Shown piece by piece: positions 1 through 9,547 of a DNA stretch of 64,000 nucleotides. The notes beneath the pieces were generated by a model that saw only the letters and a list, made by a program, of their open reading frames with translations, was not told the origin of the DNA and made no database searches. Each line of letters begins with the position of its first letter. Position 1 is the first letter of the stretch. Location of the stretch: positions 3,405 through 67,404 of IMG/VR virus record IMGVR_UViG_3300047509_000106. One strand, written 5' to 3'. A program made the translations under genes and the position numbers. Origin of the DNA: a virus.

Positions 1-16
1 GGGGCAAATCCTGCGC

Positions 17-208
17 GTGTTCGAGTTGATGCGCGATGGGATGTGGCGGACGCTGGCGGAGATTGAGGCGGCTACGGGCGATCCGCAAGCGAGTGTGTCA
101 GCTCAGCTCCGACACTTGCGCAAGCGCCGCTGGGGTTCGCACACGGTCAACCGGCGGCACGTTGGCGACGGGTTGTACCTGTATCAGTTGGTGGTGAATA
201 ACGCATAA
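17..208 (+). CDS. Small winged-helix DNA-binding phage protein (5' end may lie outside window)
   Basis: WRTLAEIEAATGDPQASVSAQLRHLRK HTH pattern; frame open to window start. Confidence 0.6.
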   Translation: MFELMRDGMWRTLAEIEAATGDPQASVSAQLRHLRKRRWGSHTVNRRHVGDGLYLYQLVVNNA

Positions 209-490
209 ACGACGACCGATATGATAACTTATGTTAAGTTGCAATTTTCACGGGAGAGATGAAATGGCCGTCAAACCACTCACAAGACGAACCATGACGC
301 TGAGCGAGTTGCAACTGCGGACGGCGAACTTTCTCCGACTGGTCAAGTTCCAGCTTCGGCGAATGCCCCACCAGGACGGACTCAATGACGAGGAGTTCAT
401 CGCGCAGCAAGTAGAGCCGTTTGAGACCGACATCTATCAGGATCGGCAGATTTTGAAGATGGCACGCAAGGCGAAACGAGGAGAAAGAAA

Positions 491-775
491 ATGAGCGAAG
501 CTAAATGCGAAGGTTGCGGCGCTCGCGACGGTAACTTCAAAAAGATCAATGTGACGAACGGCGTTTTGAATCTTTGTCGGCAGTGTCTTGATGACGTGAA
601 CCGCAAGAATCCAGAGTTGATCGAAATAAGGGCGGCGCTCGCTAAGTGGTGGATTCGCCGCGAACGGCTATCGTCCGATTGCAAGGCCCTTGGAATTTCC
701 GGCGACAAGAAAGACAGCGGGCGTTGGGGCGAAGAGTTGGGCATTTACATACTTGACTCATCAAGGGGCGGATGA
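491..775 (+). CDS. Hypothetical zinc-finger protein
   Basis: CEGC...LCRQC; overlaps upstream stop (ATGA coupling). Confidence 0.5.
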   Translation: MSEAKCEGCGARDGNFKKINVTNGVLNLCRQCLDDVNRKNPELIEIRAALAKWWIRRERLSSDCKALGISGDKKDSGRWGEELGIYILDSSRGG

Positions 776-1033
776 ATGAAAGTTACTCATAAATTCCCGG
801 TCGTTTGTGCCTGCCCGGTTGATGCGCGGCAGGACGTTTACGACTGCACTGTCGAAACGAATCGAACCGTGAAAGTTGAGGACATTCTAGCTGCGGCTCA
901 GCGTGCAACTGCCAAGCCAGCTTTCCAAGAGGACATAACGGAGCGGCTTGCGGCCGATCTTGGCTGTCGAGTGATGACCATTGGACGGCACAGCAACGTC
1001 GAAACGACGGTGACAAGCGGAGACGATGAGTGA
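776..1033 (+). CDS. QueF-like/T-fold small protein
   Basis: CACPVD...D.Y and QEDITERLA motifs resemble QueF CP..D / E motifs; coupled to TGT-like gene. Confidence 0.5.
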   Translation: MKVTHKFPVVCACPVDARQDVYDCTVETNRTVKVEDILAAAQRATAKPAFQEDITERLAADLGCRVMTIGRHSNVETTVTSGDDE

Positions 1034-1650
1034 TGCTGCTTGTGAGCGGAGCAACGGCAGACATGCGGCGGATTGGCAGCAATCCGCACCTTGGCTATCT
1101 GTGCGTTCCCGGCGAGGACTTCCGAGCGAAGTTCCTAACCGAATCGGGCTTCGCCTACGCTGCCGACAACGGCTGTTTTGTGGCTCTGGATCGTCGCCGG
1201 TTCCTCAAAATGCTGGGAGAAATTGCGGAGTACCCACGCAAGCCGATTTTCGTGACTGCCCCTGACGTGGTAGCCGACGCGACGGAAACACTGAGACGAT
1301 TTGCCGTGTGGGGGCCGGTGATTCGAGAACTTGGCTTGCCGGTCGCACTCGTCGGACAGGACGGCTTGACTTCCGAGTCTGCACCGTGGGGCCAGTTCGA
1401 TGCGTTGTTCGTTGGTGGATCGACAGGATGGAAACTAGGTCGCGATGCAATGGCGCTGGTCGATGAAGCCAAGCAACGCGGGCTATGGGTTCACTTAGGA
1501 CGATGCAATTCGTTCCGGCGAGCCAAGTACGCGGAAGCAATCGGTTGCGATTCAATCGACGGCAGCAAATTTAGTCGGTTCGCCACAACGTACATCCCGA
1601 AGATGGTTCGGAAGCTAAACGACTACCGAACGGATGTGAGACTGTTCTGA
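1030..1650 (+). CDS. TGT/DpdA-like base-exchange (transglycosylase) family protein
   Basis: DNGCF, PDVV, QDG, FVGGSTGWK, VHLGR.NS, DSIDG motifs of the phage TGT-fold family. Confidence 0.6.
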   Translation: MMLLVSGATADMRRIGSNPHLGYLCVPGEDFRAKFLTESGFAYAADNGCFVALDRRRFLKMLGEIAEYPRKPIFVTAPDVVADATETLRRFAVWGPVIRELGLPVALVGQDGLTSESAPWGQFDALFVGGSTGWKLGRDAMALVDEAKQRGLWVHLGRCNSFRRAKYAEAIGCDSIDGSKFSRFATTYIPKMVRKLNDYRTDVRLF

Positions 1651-1823
1651 TGAGTCAAGTATGTAAGCGCCAAGAGTTGGCCCAGCGATGCGAACCACTG
1701 AGGGCATTTTGCTCGATCATCTTCGGCGATTTAGACCGGGCCGCGAAAGCAATTGAGGCAGAAGACAAGCTCAGATAACGTGGATTATGTCTCGTAAATG
1801 AGAGCAGTGAGGCGCGAAACACT

Positions 1824-2210
1824 ATGAGGCCAAAGATGAAAAGACTGCCGATCCTAATGGTTGATTTCCGTAAGCACGACCAAGCTCGCATTCGTGAGTT
1901 GTTGCGATCCGTCGGCCACGACTGCACAGACGAACAAGCGGAACAGCTACGCGCCATCATGGGGATATTGCCGGAAGACGACAACGAGGCTTTCGGTAAT
2001 CTCTGCAACTACGTCGCTCTCGACCTGGAAAAGTCAGATAGATCGCTTACCGAACGGCTAGCCGAACTGAAAGCCGAGTACGACGCGGCAGGCCCGCAAG
2101 TCAGGCAGATTGTCGAGCGCAAAATGCTAATAGCCACGAACACTCAACCCGAGCATCCGAAAGATTGGGATTATCCGTGCCTCTGTGACGAATGCCGTTC
2201 GTGCGGCTGA
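1824..2210 (+). CDS. Hypothetical protein, C-terminal CxCxxC
   Basis: ORF with RBS-like GAGG, YPCLCDECRSC tail. Confidence 0.5.
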   Translation: MRPKMKRLPILMVDFRKHDQARIRELLRSVGHDCTDEQAEQLRAIMGILPEDDNEAFGNLCNYVALDLEKSDRSLTERLAELKAEYDAAGPQVRQIVERKMLIATNTQPEHPKDWDYPCLCDECRSCG

Positions 2211-2591
2211 CCCCCGCACTAACCCCGCGAACTTTACGACGGAGGTATAGACGAAAATTGCTGTCGGGAATCCAATCGAACTGCCGGGAGTGTGGCCGGA
2301 AGCGTCAGAACGAATTGAAGCGGAAGCGTAGGCTTGCCGCGTAACTATGTGATGCTCGAATGAGAAGAATTTGCCACAAAATTACGCTCTCTGTTGAAGT
2401 GCCAATCGGCATGATGTTCGAGGACGGCACCGAAGGAACGACGCCGGACCTGACAGAGAGGGCGAACGGACAGTTCTTTGTTGACGTGCGAGGAGCGAAG
2501 CGGATTCGGGCAAAGACCATGAGGGAATTTGTTCGCAAGCTGGAAAAGGACGTTGAGGAGATGTTCTGGTAACTCCGAACTTGGAGAGGCA

Positions 2592-2990
2592 ATGAGTCCG
2601 ACCGATCAAGAGACCTTCTTCGCCGGCGCTGCCAAGTATGGCAATTTGGCGCTGGCGTTTTGGGAAGTGGCGACCGACGCCGATTCGATGCGCGGCGACC
2701 ACGAGCAGTACACAAAACTCGCATTCGAGCGGGCCGCAATTGCCGCACGAGAGCAATTGCGTGTCGAACTCGGCCGCGCTTACCGGGCCATTCGTGGTAT
2801 GTATACGGCACACGTTGCCGGCGAGAAGATTCCACAATCGACGCTCGCATACCACTCGCCGACGATTGCCGCCGCGATTCGATTTGTCGATGAAGGCGCG
2901 ATGGATGGATCGGAGTATTTCGTTGGCAAGCCGGTCGATGTTTTGCATGCGGCTCTGAAACTGGCTGAGGCCGGTAACAAGATCGAATAA
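2592..2990 (+). CDS. Hypothetical protein
   Basis: GGAGAGG RBS before ATG 2592. Confidence 0.5.
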   Translation: MSPTDQETFFAGAAKYGNLALAFWEVATDADSMRGDHEQYTKLAFERAAIAAREQLRVELGRAYRAIRGMYTAHVAGEKIPQSTLAYHSPTIAAAIRFVDEGAMDGSEYFVGKPVDVLHAALKLAEAGNKIE

Positions 2991-3251
2991 CCCCGCTAAC
3001 TTTGGGAGGATGGGCGATGAGCGACGACAATCAGGAAACACAGACGCGCTGGGTTTGTTTGGACGGGAGTGCGGCGAGCAAGCGCTGCCCAAACGGCAAC
3101 CTGATTACGAGCGAACACATGCTTTCGGACGACGGCAAACGATGCCTCGCGTGTGGCGCGAGGAGAGTCCCGAAAGTGCGAGACACGGTGAAGAGTCAGC
3201 CAGAGTAGGTCGGATACTCTTTACTATGTGCGGTAAATGAGAAGGTGACAC

Positions 3252-3473
3252 ATGAGAATTTTAGAGATCACGCATCAACACCGAAACGACTTCGAGGCCG
3301 TCATGCTCTGCGAGCATTGCGGACACAAGCAAAAACTCGGCTCGGGCTATCACGACCAGCATTATCACACAAAGGTCATCCCGGCAATGACGTGCGAGCA
3401 GTGCAAGCGAAACCGGGCCGGCGAGATTCCGGCCGAAGAGAATCCATACGGACAGGTTCCGGTGCCAGCATGA
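3252..3473 (+). CDS. Small zinc-ribbon phage protein
   Basis: RNDF...CEHCG...YH..VIP.M.C..C pattern. Confidence 0.55.
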   Translation: MRILEITHQHRNDFEAVMLCEHCGHKQKLGSGYHDQHYHTKVIPAMTCEQCKRNRAGEIPAEENPYGQVPVPA

Positions 3474-3762
3474 AGACCGAGAGACAGAGACAAGCGGCAA
3501 TCAGACGGAAAGACAATCTGCCCTACCGTTGCGAGTGCGGCGGCGTCATGGAGTACGCCGTTGACTTCGGACGAGTGTTCTCTGTCTGCAAGAAATGCAC
3601 GCCGGTCGTCAATTTGAACACTCGCGGTTGCAAGCCAATGAAGCCAGAGACGGCAGCGGCACTTGGCAAGATGTTCAAGGCCATGCATGAACAGCTTTCG
3701 CGCCTGCCACAATGACCGATAGTAAACCTTCCGTTAAGTCGCAAAACTGAGGCAACAGCCCA

Positions 3763-4830
3763 ATGCAATTCACTCTGCCGGCCAACACGCTCGCAAGCGC
3801 CCTCGCGACGATCGCGCCGGCGCTCGGCAAGTCCGATCTGCTCGCCTATGCCAAGCTGTCCTTGTCGGACGGCTTGACGCTCTCGGCTCAAGATGGCGAG
3901 TTATCCATCGTGCATCGCCTGCCCGATGTCACTGGCACGCGCGGCGAATGTCTGGTCGCGCCCGGCCGGCTCAAGGCGCTCGCGGACCTCGTTGGCGGCG
4001 ATGTGTCATTCGTGACAAGCAACGAACTGCTCGCCGTCGAAGCCGGCCCTGATCGCTTCCACCTGCCCATCGCCGATGTCAATGGCTGGCCGACAATTCC
4101 CATTTCTAAGAACACACCTACCTTCGCGATGCCTTCCGTTGACCTGAAAGCGGCCATTGCTCGCGTCTGCTTCGCCGCTGGCGGGGAATCGGAGCGTTAC
4201 ACGACAAGTGGAGTCCTTTTCGACCTGGACGCGGGAAAACTCAACCTAGTGGCCACAGATGGCAAACGGCTGGCGTGGTGGAAAGGCGATTCAGGCGGAA
4301 AGGCGAGCGCCATCGTACCACAGCGGGCGATCCGGGCGCTGGCAAGCGCTGAAGGCGAGATGTGCAGCGTGTGGATCACCAAGAACGGCGCTACGTTCGC
4401 CGTTGGCGACACGACGATTGTGACCAAGCTGCACGAAGGGCCATTCATGCCCTACCGTGACACGGTGCCGAAGCCGAAAGCGATCAAGGCGAGTGTGGTG
4501 CTTGTCGCCGGCGAGTTCCGATCCGCAGCCGAACGGGCGGCGCTGATGACTGACGATGAGACGAAGCGCGTAGACTTCACCTTTGCGAAAGAGTCTGTGA
4601 CGCTGCGGGCTCGGGGCGCAACGAGCGGCGATGCCACGGTCGTACATCCGCTGACGGGCGGGGCGGAATTCGGTATCTCATTCGACCCCGATGCGCTTGT
4701 AGGCAGGGCCGGGTTGATGCGAGTGCTGGACGGTGACGAGCGGATTACGTTGGACCTCATCGCGCCGGATAAGCCGGCGGTGTTTCGGAGTGGGAAGAAT
4801 TGGGTGTGTGCGGTCGTACCTTTGGCGTGA
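3763..4830 (+). CDS. dnaN: DNA polymerase III beta sliding clamp-like protein
   Basis: 355 aa; LVATDGKRLA, RY..SGVLF, TKL.EG.F..Y, C-terminal VVP(L) motifs. Confidence 0.85.
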   Translation: MQFTLPANTLASALATIAPALGKSDLLAYAKLSLSDGLTLSAQDGELSIVHRLPDVTGTRGECLVAPGRLKALADLVGGDVSFVTSNELLAVEAGPDRFHLPIADVNGWPTIPISKNTPTFAMPSVDLKAAIARVCFAAGGESERYTTSGVLFDLDAGKLNLVATDGKRLAWWKGDSGGKASAIVPQRAIRALASAEGEMCSVWITKNGATFAVGDTTIVTKLHEGPFMPYRDTVPKPKAIKASVVLVAGEFRSAAERAALMTDDETKRVDFTFAKESVTLRARGATSGDATVVHPLTGGAEFGISFDPDALVGRAGLMRVLDGDERITLDLIAPDKPAVFRSGKNWVCAVVPLA

Positions 4831-4860
4831 TAAGTAGGAATCAAAAATAGGGAGATTTGA

Positions 4861-5448
4861 ATGCCAACAGGATTCACTTGCGATGTTCAGAATGGCAAAA
4901 TCACCGAGTTGGGGGACTTCGTGCTGAGATGCGCCAGGGCATTCGGCGCTCTTATTACAATGCGAGATGACCGGATCGACACGCCGATCCCATTTCGATT
5001 TGACCCGGACTCCTACTACGTCAAGAGCGTCGAAGAAAAGAGGAGAGAGCTTGATCGGCTCTCCAAAGCCGCCAAGGTGACTCTTGAGCGCGAATGGGAA
5101 AGTGACTTCAAACAAGAGATGGACAGGTTCCAAGAGTCGAGCGAACGGCGAGCGTTAGAGAAACAGCGGTACGAATCCATGCTCGCCAAGGTCAAGGGCT
5201 GGGAGCCGCCGACGCCGGATTACGACGGACTGAAAAAGTTCATGCAAGAGCAGTTGGAGGAGAGTATCAAGTTCGATTGCTCTTGGGAAATGCCAATTCC
5301 GGAAAGGAAGACATTCGGAAAATGGTACGCGGACAAAAAGGAACGGGCGGCGTCTGACTTGGCCTATGCTGAGAAGTCACTTGCCGAAGAAGTCGAGCGA
5401 GCCAAGAGTCGCACGGAATGGATTCGCGCCCTGCGATCATCGCTGTAA
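4861..5448 (+). CDS. Conserved phage coiled-coil protein
   Basis: MPTGFT...CARAFGALITMRD N-terminus; GGGAG RBS. Confidence 0.6.
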   Translation: MPTGFTCDVQNGKITELGDFVLRCARAFGALITMRDDRIDTPIPFRFDPDSYYVKSVEEKRRELDRLSKAAKVTLEREWESDFKQEMDRFQESSERRALEKQRYESMLAKVKGWEPPTPDYDGLKKFMQEQLEESIKFDCSWEMPIPERKTFGKWYADKKERAASDLAYAEKSLAEEVERAKSRTEWIRALRSSL

Positions 5449-5460
5449 AACTGCGATTAT

Positions 5461-6255
5461 CTAGTCATCGTCATCCGCAAACATTCGCGCCAACATCCGC
5501 GCCTGCAATGCCGCCGCCGGCGCGAGCAAGTCAATCGTCAAGTCAGACAGCGGCGTACCCGACAGCTTTAACTGTGGCAGCGCCCGCTTGCGATTCTTGA
5601 GCCACCATGCAGCGAGCTTGTCCCACGCTTCCGCCTCGGTCGCGGCATAGCCGACGTGAACGTGTCCGCCCGCCCGTCCCAGTTCCGGCCGGTTCTCGTC
5701 AATCAGTGGCCCGCGCGTGAAGTCCCACGGCTGCACTCTGTAGGGGCTTGTGGGATCATCCGGCCGCACACGATGAATGCAATGAGCAGCATCCCTGAAC
5801 CCACTGTCGATGAGATAAAGCTGCCGTGCGAATCGGCCGATGTTGCTAAGACTCTCCACGTAGTCCGGCATCGTCTCGCAATCACCGCTCACTCGCAATG
5901 GCATCCGCCGTGCATGGCGCATGTGAAACACGGCTTGCTTGATGATCCGCGTGGCTTCGACGGTTTGGGACGTGCCGTTCTCGCCGATTGTCACTGTTGC
6001 CGGCACGCCTTCAGGCACGCGAATCGGCTCGCGGAACCGCGCCGCGCATATGCTGGCCGGCTCGCGAATCACGTCGGGAACGCCATCGACCGCGGCAGAG
6101 ACCTCTGAGGATGTAGCGGGTTGTAAGTCGCCCGAATAGAACTGAGGCTCGCTATAATCCTCCCAGTCTTTGCGACGGTGCTGCTGACGAGTCTTCGCCG
6201 TTCGTGGCGCAGCGGCGGGTTTGGGTCGAATGACCTCGCCGAATAAGTTTTGCAT
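5461..6255 (-). CDS. Hypothetical protein (264 aa)
   Basis: Long ORF filling the gap between + strand genes. Confidence 0.55.
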   Translation of the reverse strand: MQNLFGEVIRPKPAAAPRTAKTRQQHRRKDWEDYSEPQFYSGDLQPATSSEVSAAVDGVPDVIREPASICAARFREPIRVPEGVPATVTIGENGTSQTVEATRIIKQAVFHMRHARRMPLRVSGDCETMPDYVESLSNIGRFARQLYLIDSGFRDAAHCIHRVRPDDPTSPYRVQPWDFTRGPLIDENRPELGRAGGHVHVGYAATEAEAWDKLAAWWLKNRKRALPQLKLSGTPLSDLTIDLLAPAAALQARMLARMFADDDD

Positions 6256-6278
6256 GGAATCAGCTTAGCAATTCCCTT

Positions 6279-6301
6279 CCGCCCCAACCATGCCGCACGC
6301 T
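6279..6301 (+). promoter_or_regulatory. Putative late promoter CCGCCCC-N10-CACGCT, 6 nt before ATG 6308
   Basis: One of 8 copies with identical spacing. Confidence 0.65.
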
Positions 6302-6307
6302 CACGGT

Positions 6308-6892
6308 ATGGCTTCGCCGCCGCCAGTCCCGTCCCGCGCCACTCCGCCGCCTGTCCCCGGTCGTTCACCGGGCGGTACGTTCCGCGGTGCAAGTGAACGT
6401 CTGCCGACGCTACCGGAACGAATGTCGCCAGCGGCGAGTGATCGGCGCGTCGGGATGGAAGAGGGCGGGCTCGAGCCGGAAGCGCCGGTAAACACATGGA
6501 TCGACGTGATGAGCACGTGGCTAAGTCGTGTCAGGTTCTCGTGGGCACCAGTGCGAGGCGGACCACCGACGCAACCGACAAAAGACCCGAAGCAACGCAC
6601 GGGCTATTTGCAAGTCGAGTTCCTGTCAGGTGCCACAGTGGAGTACACGAATCCGCAACCATATAGCGTGTTCGATGACTTGATTAACTCATCAAGCAAG
6701 GGGTATTTTTTACATCACGCGCAAAGCCATTTGTACACACAACCATACACGTTACTTTCCCCACCGATCAGAAAAGTCACTGCCGAGATGCGAAAGCTGC
6801 GCGAACCCAAGAGTCGAATGCGCGGCGGTCATGTTGGCGGACTGAGGCACATTGGCAGAACCCGCCCGCCCCGATTGCCGGGCATCGCGTGA
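6308..6892 (+). CDS. Pro-rich protein with KTSC-like domain
   Basis: LQVEFLSGATVEY...VFDDLINSSSKGYFLH resembles KTSC. Confidence 0.55.
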   Translation: MASPPPVPSRATPPPVPGRSPGGTFRGASERLPTLPERMSPAASDRRVGMEEGGLEPEAPVNTWIDVMSTWLSRVRFSWAPVRGGPPTQPTKDPKQRTGYLQVEFLSGATVEYTNPQPYSVFDDLINSSSKGYFLHHAQSHLYTQPYTLLSPPIRKVTAEMRKLREPKSRMRGGHVGGLRHIGRTRPPRLPGIA

Positions 6893-7196
6893 CCTGTACA
6901 ATCGCGTCAGCTGCGCTACACCACGCGGCAAACACAACGCGAGGGGCACCCATGAGAATTCGCAATGATGCAGGCTGGGCACAGCATTCACCACCACCAC
7001 TGCCGACAACGCTGGAGCAACTGACGAAACATCCGTACTACGCGCCTGACCGCGTATTAATCCGCTGTCCTGATTGTCGCCGCAACCACCTCGCGGCCCT
7101 GACATGCCCGCCGCCAAATGCTCGGGCGATTCAACAATGCGGCATCGCCGTCGTTGACGAACCTGAGTGGCACGCGGAGAAGGTGGCGGCGTAACG

Positions 7197-7703
7197 ATGG
7201 CATTGAACGACCGACGACGCCGATTCATCGAAGAGTACCTGATAGATTGCAACGCCACTCAGGCGTACATCCGAGCCGGGTACAAGGGGAGAGGTCATTC
7301 GGCCGAATCCGGCGCTCGCCAATTAATGAGCAATAGTGAGGTTGCAGAAGCGCTAAAAATGGCCCAAGAAGAGCGAGCAGAAGAAGCTGAGATTGATGCC
7401 GCTTGGGTACTCGAAAGGCTGCGTATCGAGTCGCAGCGCACTGGGACAGGCGCTTCCCATTCTGCCCGTGTCCGGGCACTAGAATTGATCGGTAAGCATG
7501 TCGGGCCAGACATGTTCCCGGACACGGTGAGGTACAAAGACGCTACCGATGATGACCTCGACCGCACAATTGACGAGCGAGCTGAAAGCCTACGAAAGAG
7601 AAGAGAGAGAATACGAGAGCTTGCTGAGCGAGCGCGAGCGGAGACTAACGGTCACGCTGCCGCCTCCGCCCCTTTTTCAAGTAACGGACACGCCGCATCC
7701 TGA
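7197..7703 (+). CDS. terS: Terminase small subunit
   Basis: RRRFIEEYLIDCNATQAYIRAGY...ALELIGKH. Confidence 0.9.
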   Translation: MALNDRRRRFIEEYLIDCNATQAYIRAGYKGRGHSAESGARQLMSNSEVAEALKMAQEERAEEAEIDAAWVLERLRIESQRTGTGASHSARVRALELIGKHVGPDMFPDTVRYKDATDDDLDRTIDERAESLRKRRERIRELAERARAETNGHAAASAPFSSNGHAAS

Positions 7704-9150
7704 CAAGCAATTCATCTCGACTCACCCAGACGGGTACCCGCTCGTACATCTGCATCCCGGCCAGTGGCGAGCATGGCATTCGCCGGGCCGATTCGTTCTC
7801 ATCCTGTCCGGCGCTCAATCTGGCAAGACGGCCCTCATCCCGTGGTGGCTGCTGCGTGAGATGCAACACCCCGAACGCGGCGGACCCGGCAACTATCTCC
7901 TAGTCGCTCCCACGTTCCGCCTGCTCGACAAGCAAGCGGTGCCAACGCTAAATCGGGCGTTTCATGCGCTCTTGCAATTGGGCTCATTGGCAGGCGGATC
8001 GTCAGGCGAGTTTCGTATCTCAGAAGAAGGCCACAAGCGCATCTGGCCAAAGCTGCCCTACTCGCCGACGCGGATCGTGTTTGGCTATGCGGAGAACCCG
8101 GACAGCCTCGAATCAATCACCGCTAAAGCTGCGATCCTAGACGAGTGCGGGCAGCGTTCTTTCAAGTTGGAATCGCACGAGGCCATTCAATCGCGCCTCG
8201 CGATCCATCGCGGACGCATTCTCTATCTCACCACGCCTTACGAATTCAACTGGCTGAAGACGGATGTATATGACAGGGCCGAGCGCAATCGCACTGCGCA
8301 GCGCGACATTGAAATCGCAAAGACTGAGAACCGAGAACCATTGCCAGCGAATCCAGCCGACGCTGGCTATGACAGCGTGAGCTATGAATCGCGGATGAAC
8401 CCGGTGTTTTCACAGGAGGAATGGGACAGGCAAAAACGGGTGTTGCCAGGATGGCGATTTTCCATGCGCTACCGTGGTCTGTTCACTCGACCCGCAGGCG
8501 CTATCTACGATTGCTTTGTCGCTGAGTACGGCAGCGCTGAACGGTTTGGGCATTTGATGCGCGGCGACGGCTTTGTTCTGCCGGACAACTGGCCGATCCA
8601 CATAGGACAGGATTTCGGCGCTCCGAACTTCGCCGCCGTCTTCCTCTACGAAGTGATGGAGGAAGTGCCGGGACCGAGCGGCAACGGGCCAGTGCTGCGC
8701 CGGCTTACCAAGCCTCAATACGTCGCGTTCGCCGAATACCGTCCGGAAGTGGCAAAGAAAATGTCCGACCATGTAACCGCAATGCGTGCGGTTATTAAGC
8801 GCACATCGCCGGCTACCAGTGTCGGCGGGTCGAAGTCTGAAGGGCAATGGCGCAAGGAACTGGCAGCGGCTGGTTGGCCGACATTTGAGCCTGACCAGCC
8901 TGATGTTGAGATAGGCATTGGCCGCGTGTATGAACTTCTGGCCGAGTCGCCGCCTCGGTTGTACATCATGGACACGTGCCCTAAACTGATTGAGGAATTG
9001 AAGCGGTACTCTCGGCCGGTCGATGAGGACGGCGTGCCGTTGGAGGGCATCGTGGATAAAGACCTTTTCCACGGCGCGGACTCATTACGCTACGTGTGCT
9101 CGTGGCTGAATCGCAAGGCAACTGGCTATTACGTGGGAGTGTTCGGATGA
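7549..9150 (+). CDS. terL: Terminase large subunit
   Basis: Walker A GAQSGKT, Walker B ILDE, nuclease GQDFG and HGADSLRY. Confidence 0.9.
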   Translation: MMTSTAQLTSELKAYEREEREYESLLSERERRLTVTLPPPPLFQVTDTPHPDKQFISTHPDGYPLVHLHPGQWRAWHSPGRFVLILSGAQSGKTALIPWWLLREMQHPERGGPGNYLLVAPTFRLLDKQAVPTLNRAFHALLQLGSLAGGSSGEFRISEEGHKRIWPKLPYSPTRIVFGYAENPDSLESITAKAAILDECGQRSFKLESHEAIQSRLAIHRGRILYLTTPYEFNWLKTDVYDRAERNRTAQRDIEIAKTENREPLPANPADAGYDSVSYESRMNPVFSQEEWDRQKRVLPGWRFSMRYRGLFTRPAGAIYDCFVAEYGSAERFGHLMRGDGFVLPDNWPIHIGQDFGAPNFAAVFLYEVMEEVPGPSGNGPVLRRLTKPQYVAFAEYRPEVAKKMSDHVTAMRAVIKRTSPATSVGGSKSEGQWRKELAAAGWPTFEPDQPDVEIGIGRVYELLAESPPRLYIMDTCPKLIEELKRYSRPVDEDGVPLEGIVDKDLFHGADSLRYVCSWLNRKATGYYVGVFG

Positions 9151-9518
9151 GCGTAATCGCAGGCGAAGAAATTGACGCGATGGATTTCGTTTACATCGGA
9201 GCGGATGGCAAGGCGTACAAGTCAAACGGTGATCGGTATATGGGCCTTGAGCCGTTCGATCTCCAACAACTGCAACAGGCCGAAGTCGAGCCGGCGATTG
9301 TCGTGGAGGTGCCGAAGTGAGCAAAGAGCAAGCAGAACGAGCAGAACACCTGATTGAAGCGCTATGCACTTTAACAGCCAACGTTGCCGCAATAATGGAA
9401 TTGCTAATTGACAAAGGCGTGGTGACGGCCGAAGAAGTAGAGCGAAAGGTTCCAAAATTCACCGCTTTGCTCGATCAACGAATTGCCGAAGTGGTCGAGT
9501 CAAAGCCCTAACTTCCAC

Positions 9519-9541
9519 CCGCCCCTAGTCCACGTCATGCT
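9519..9541 (+). promoter_or_regulatory. Putative late promoter CCGCCCC-N10-CATGCT, 6 nt before portal ATG
   Basis: Motif copy. Confidence 0.65.
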
Positions 9542-9547
9542 CCGCAC

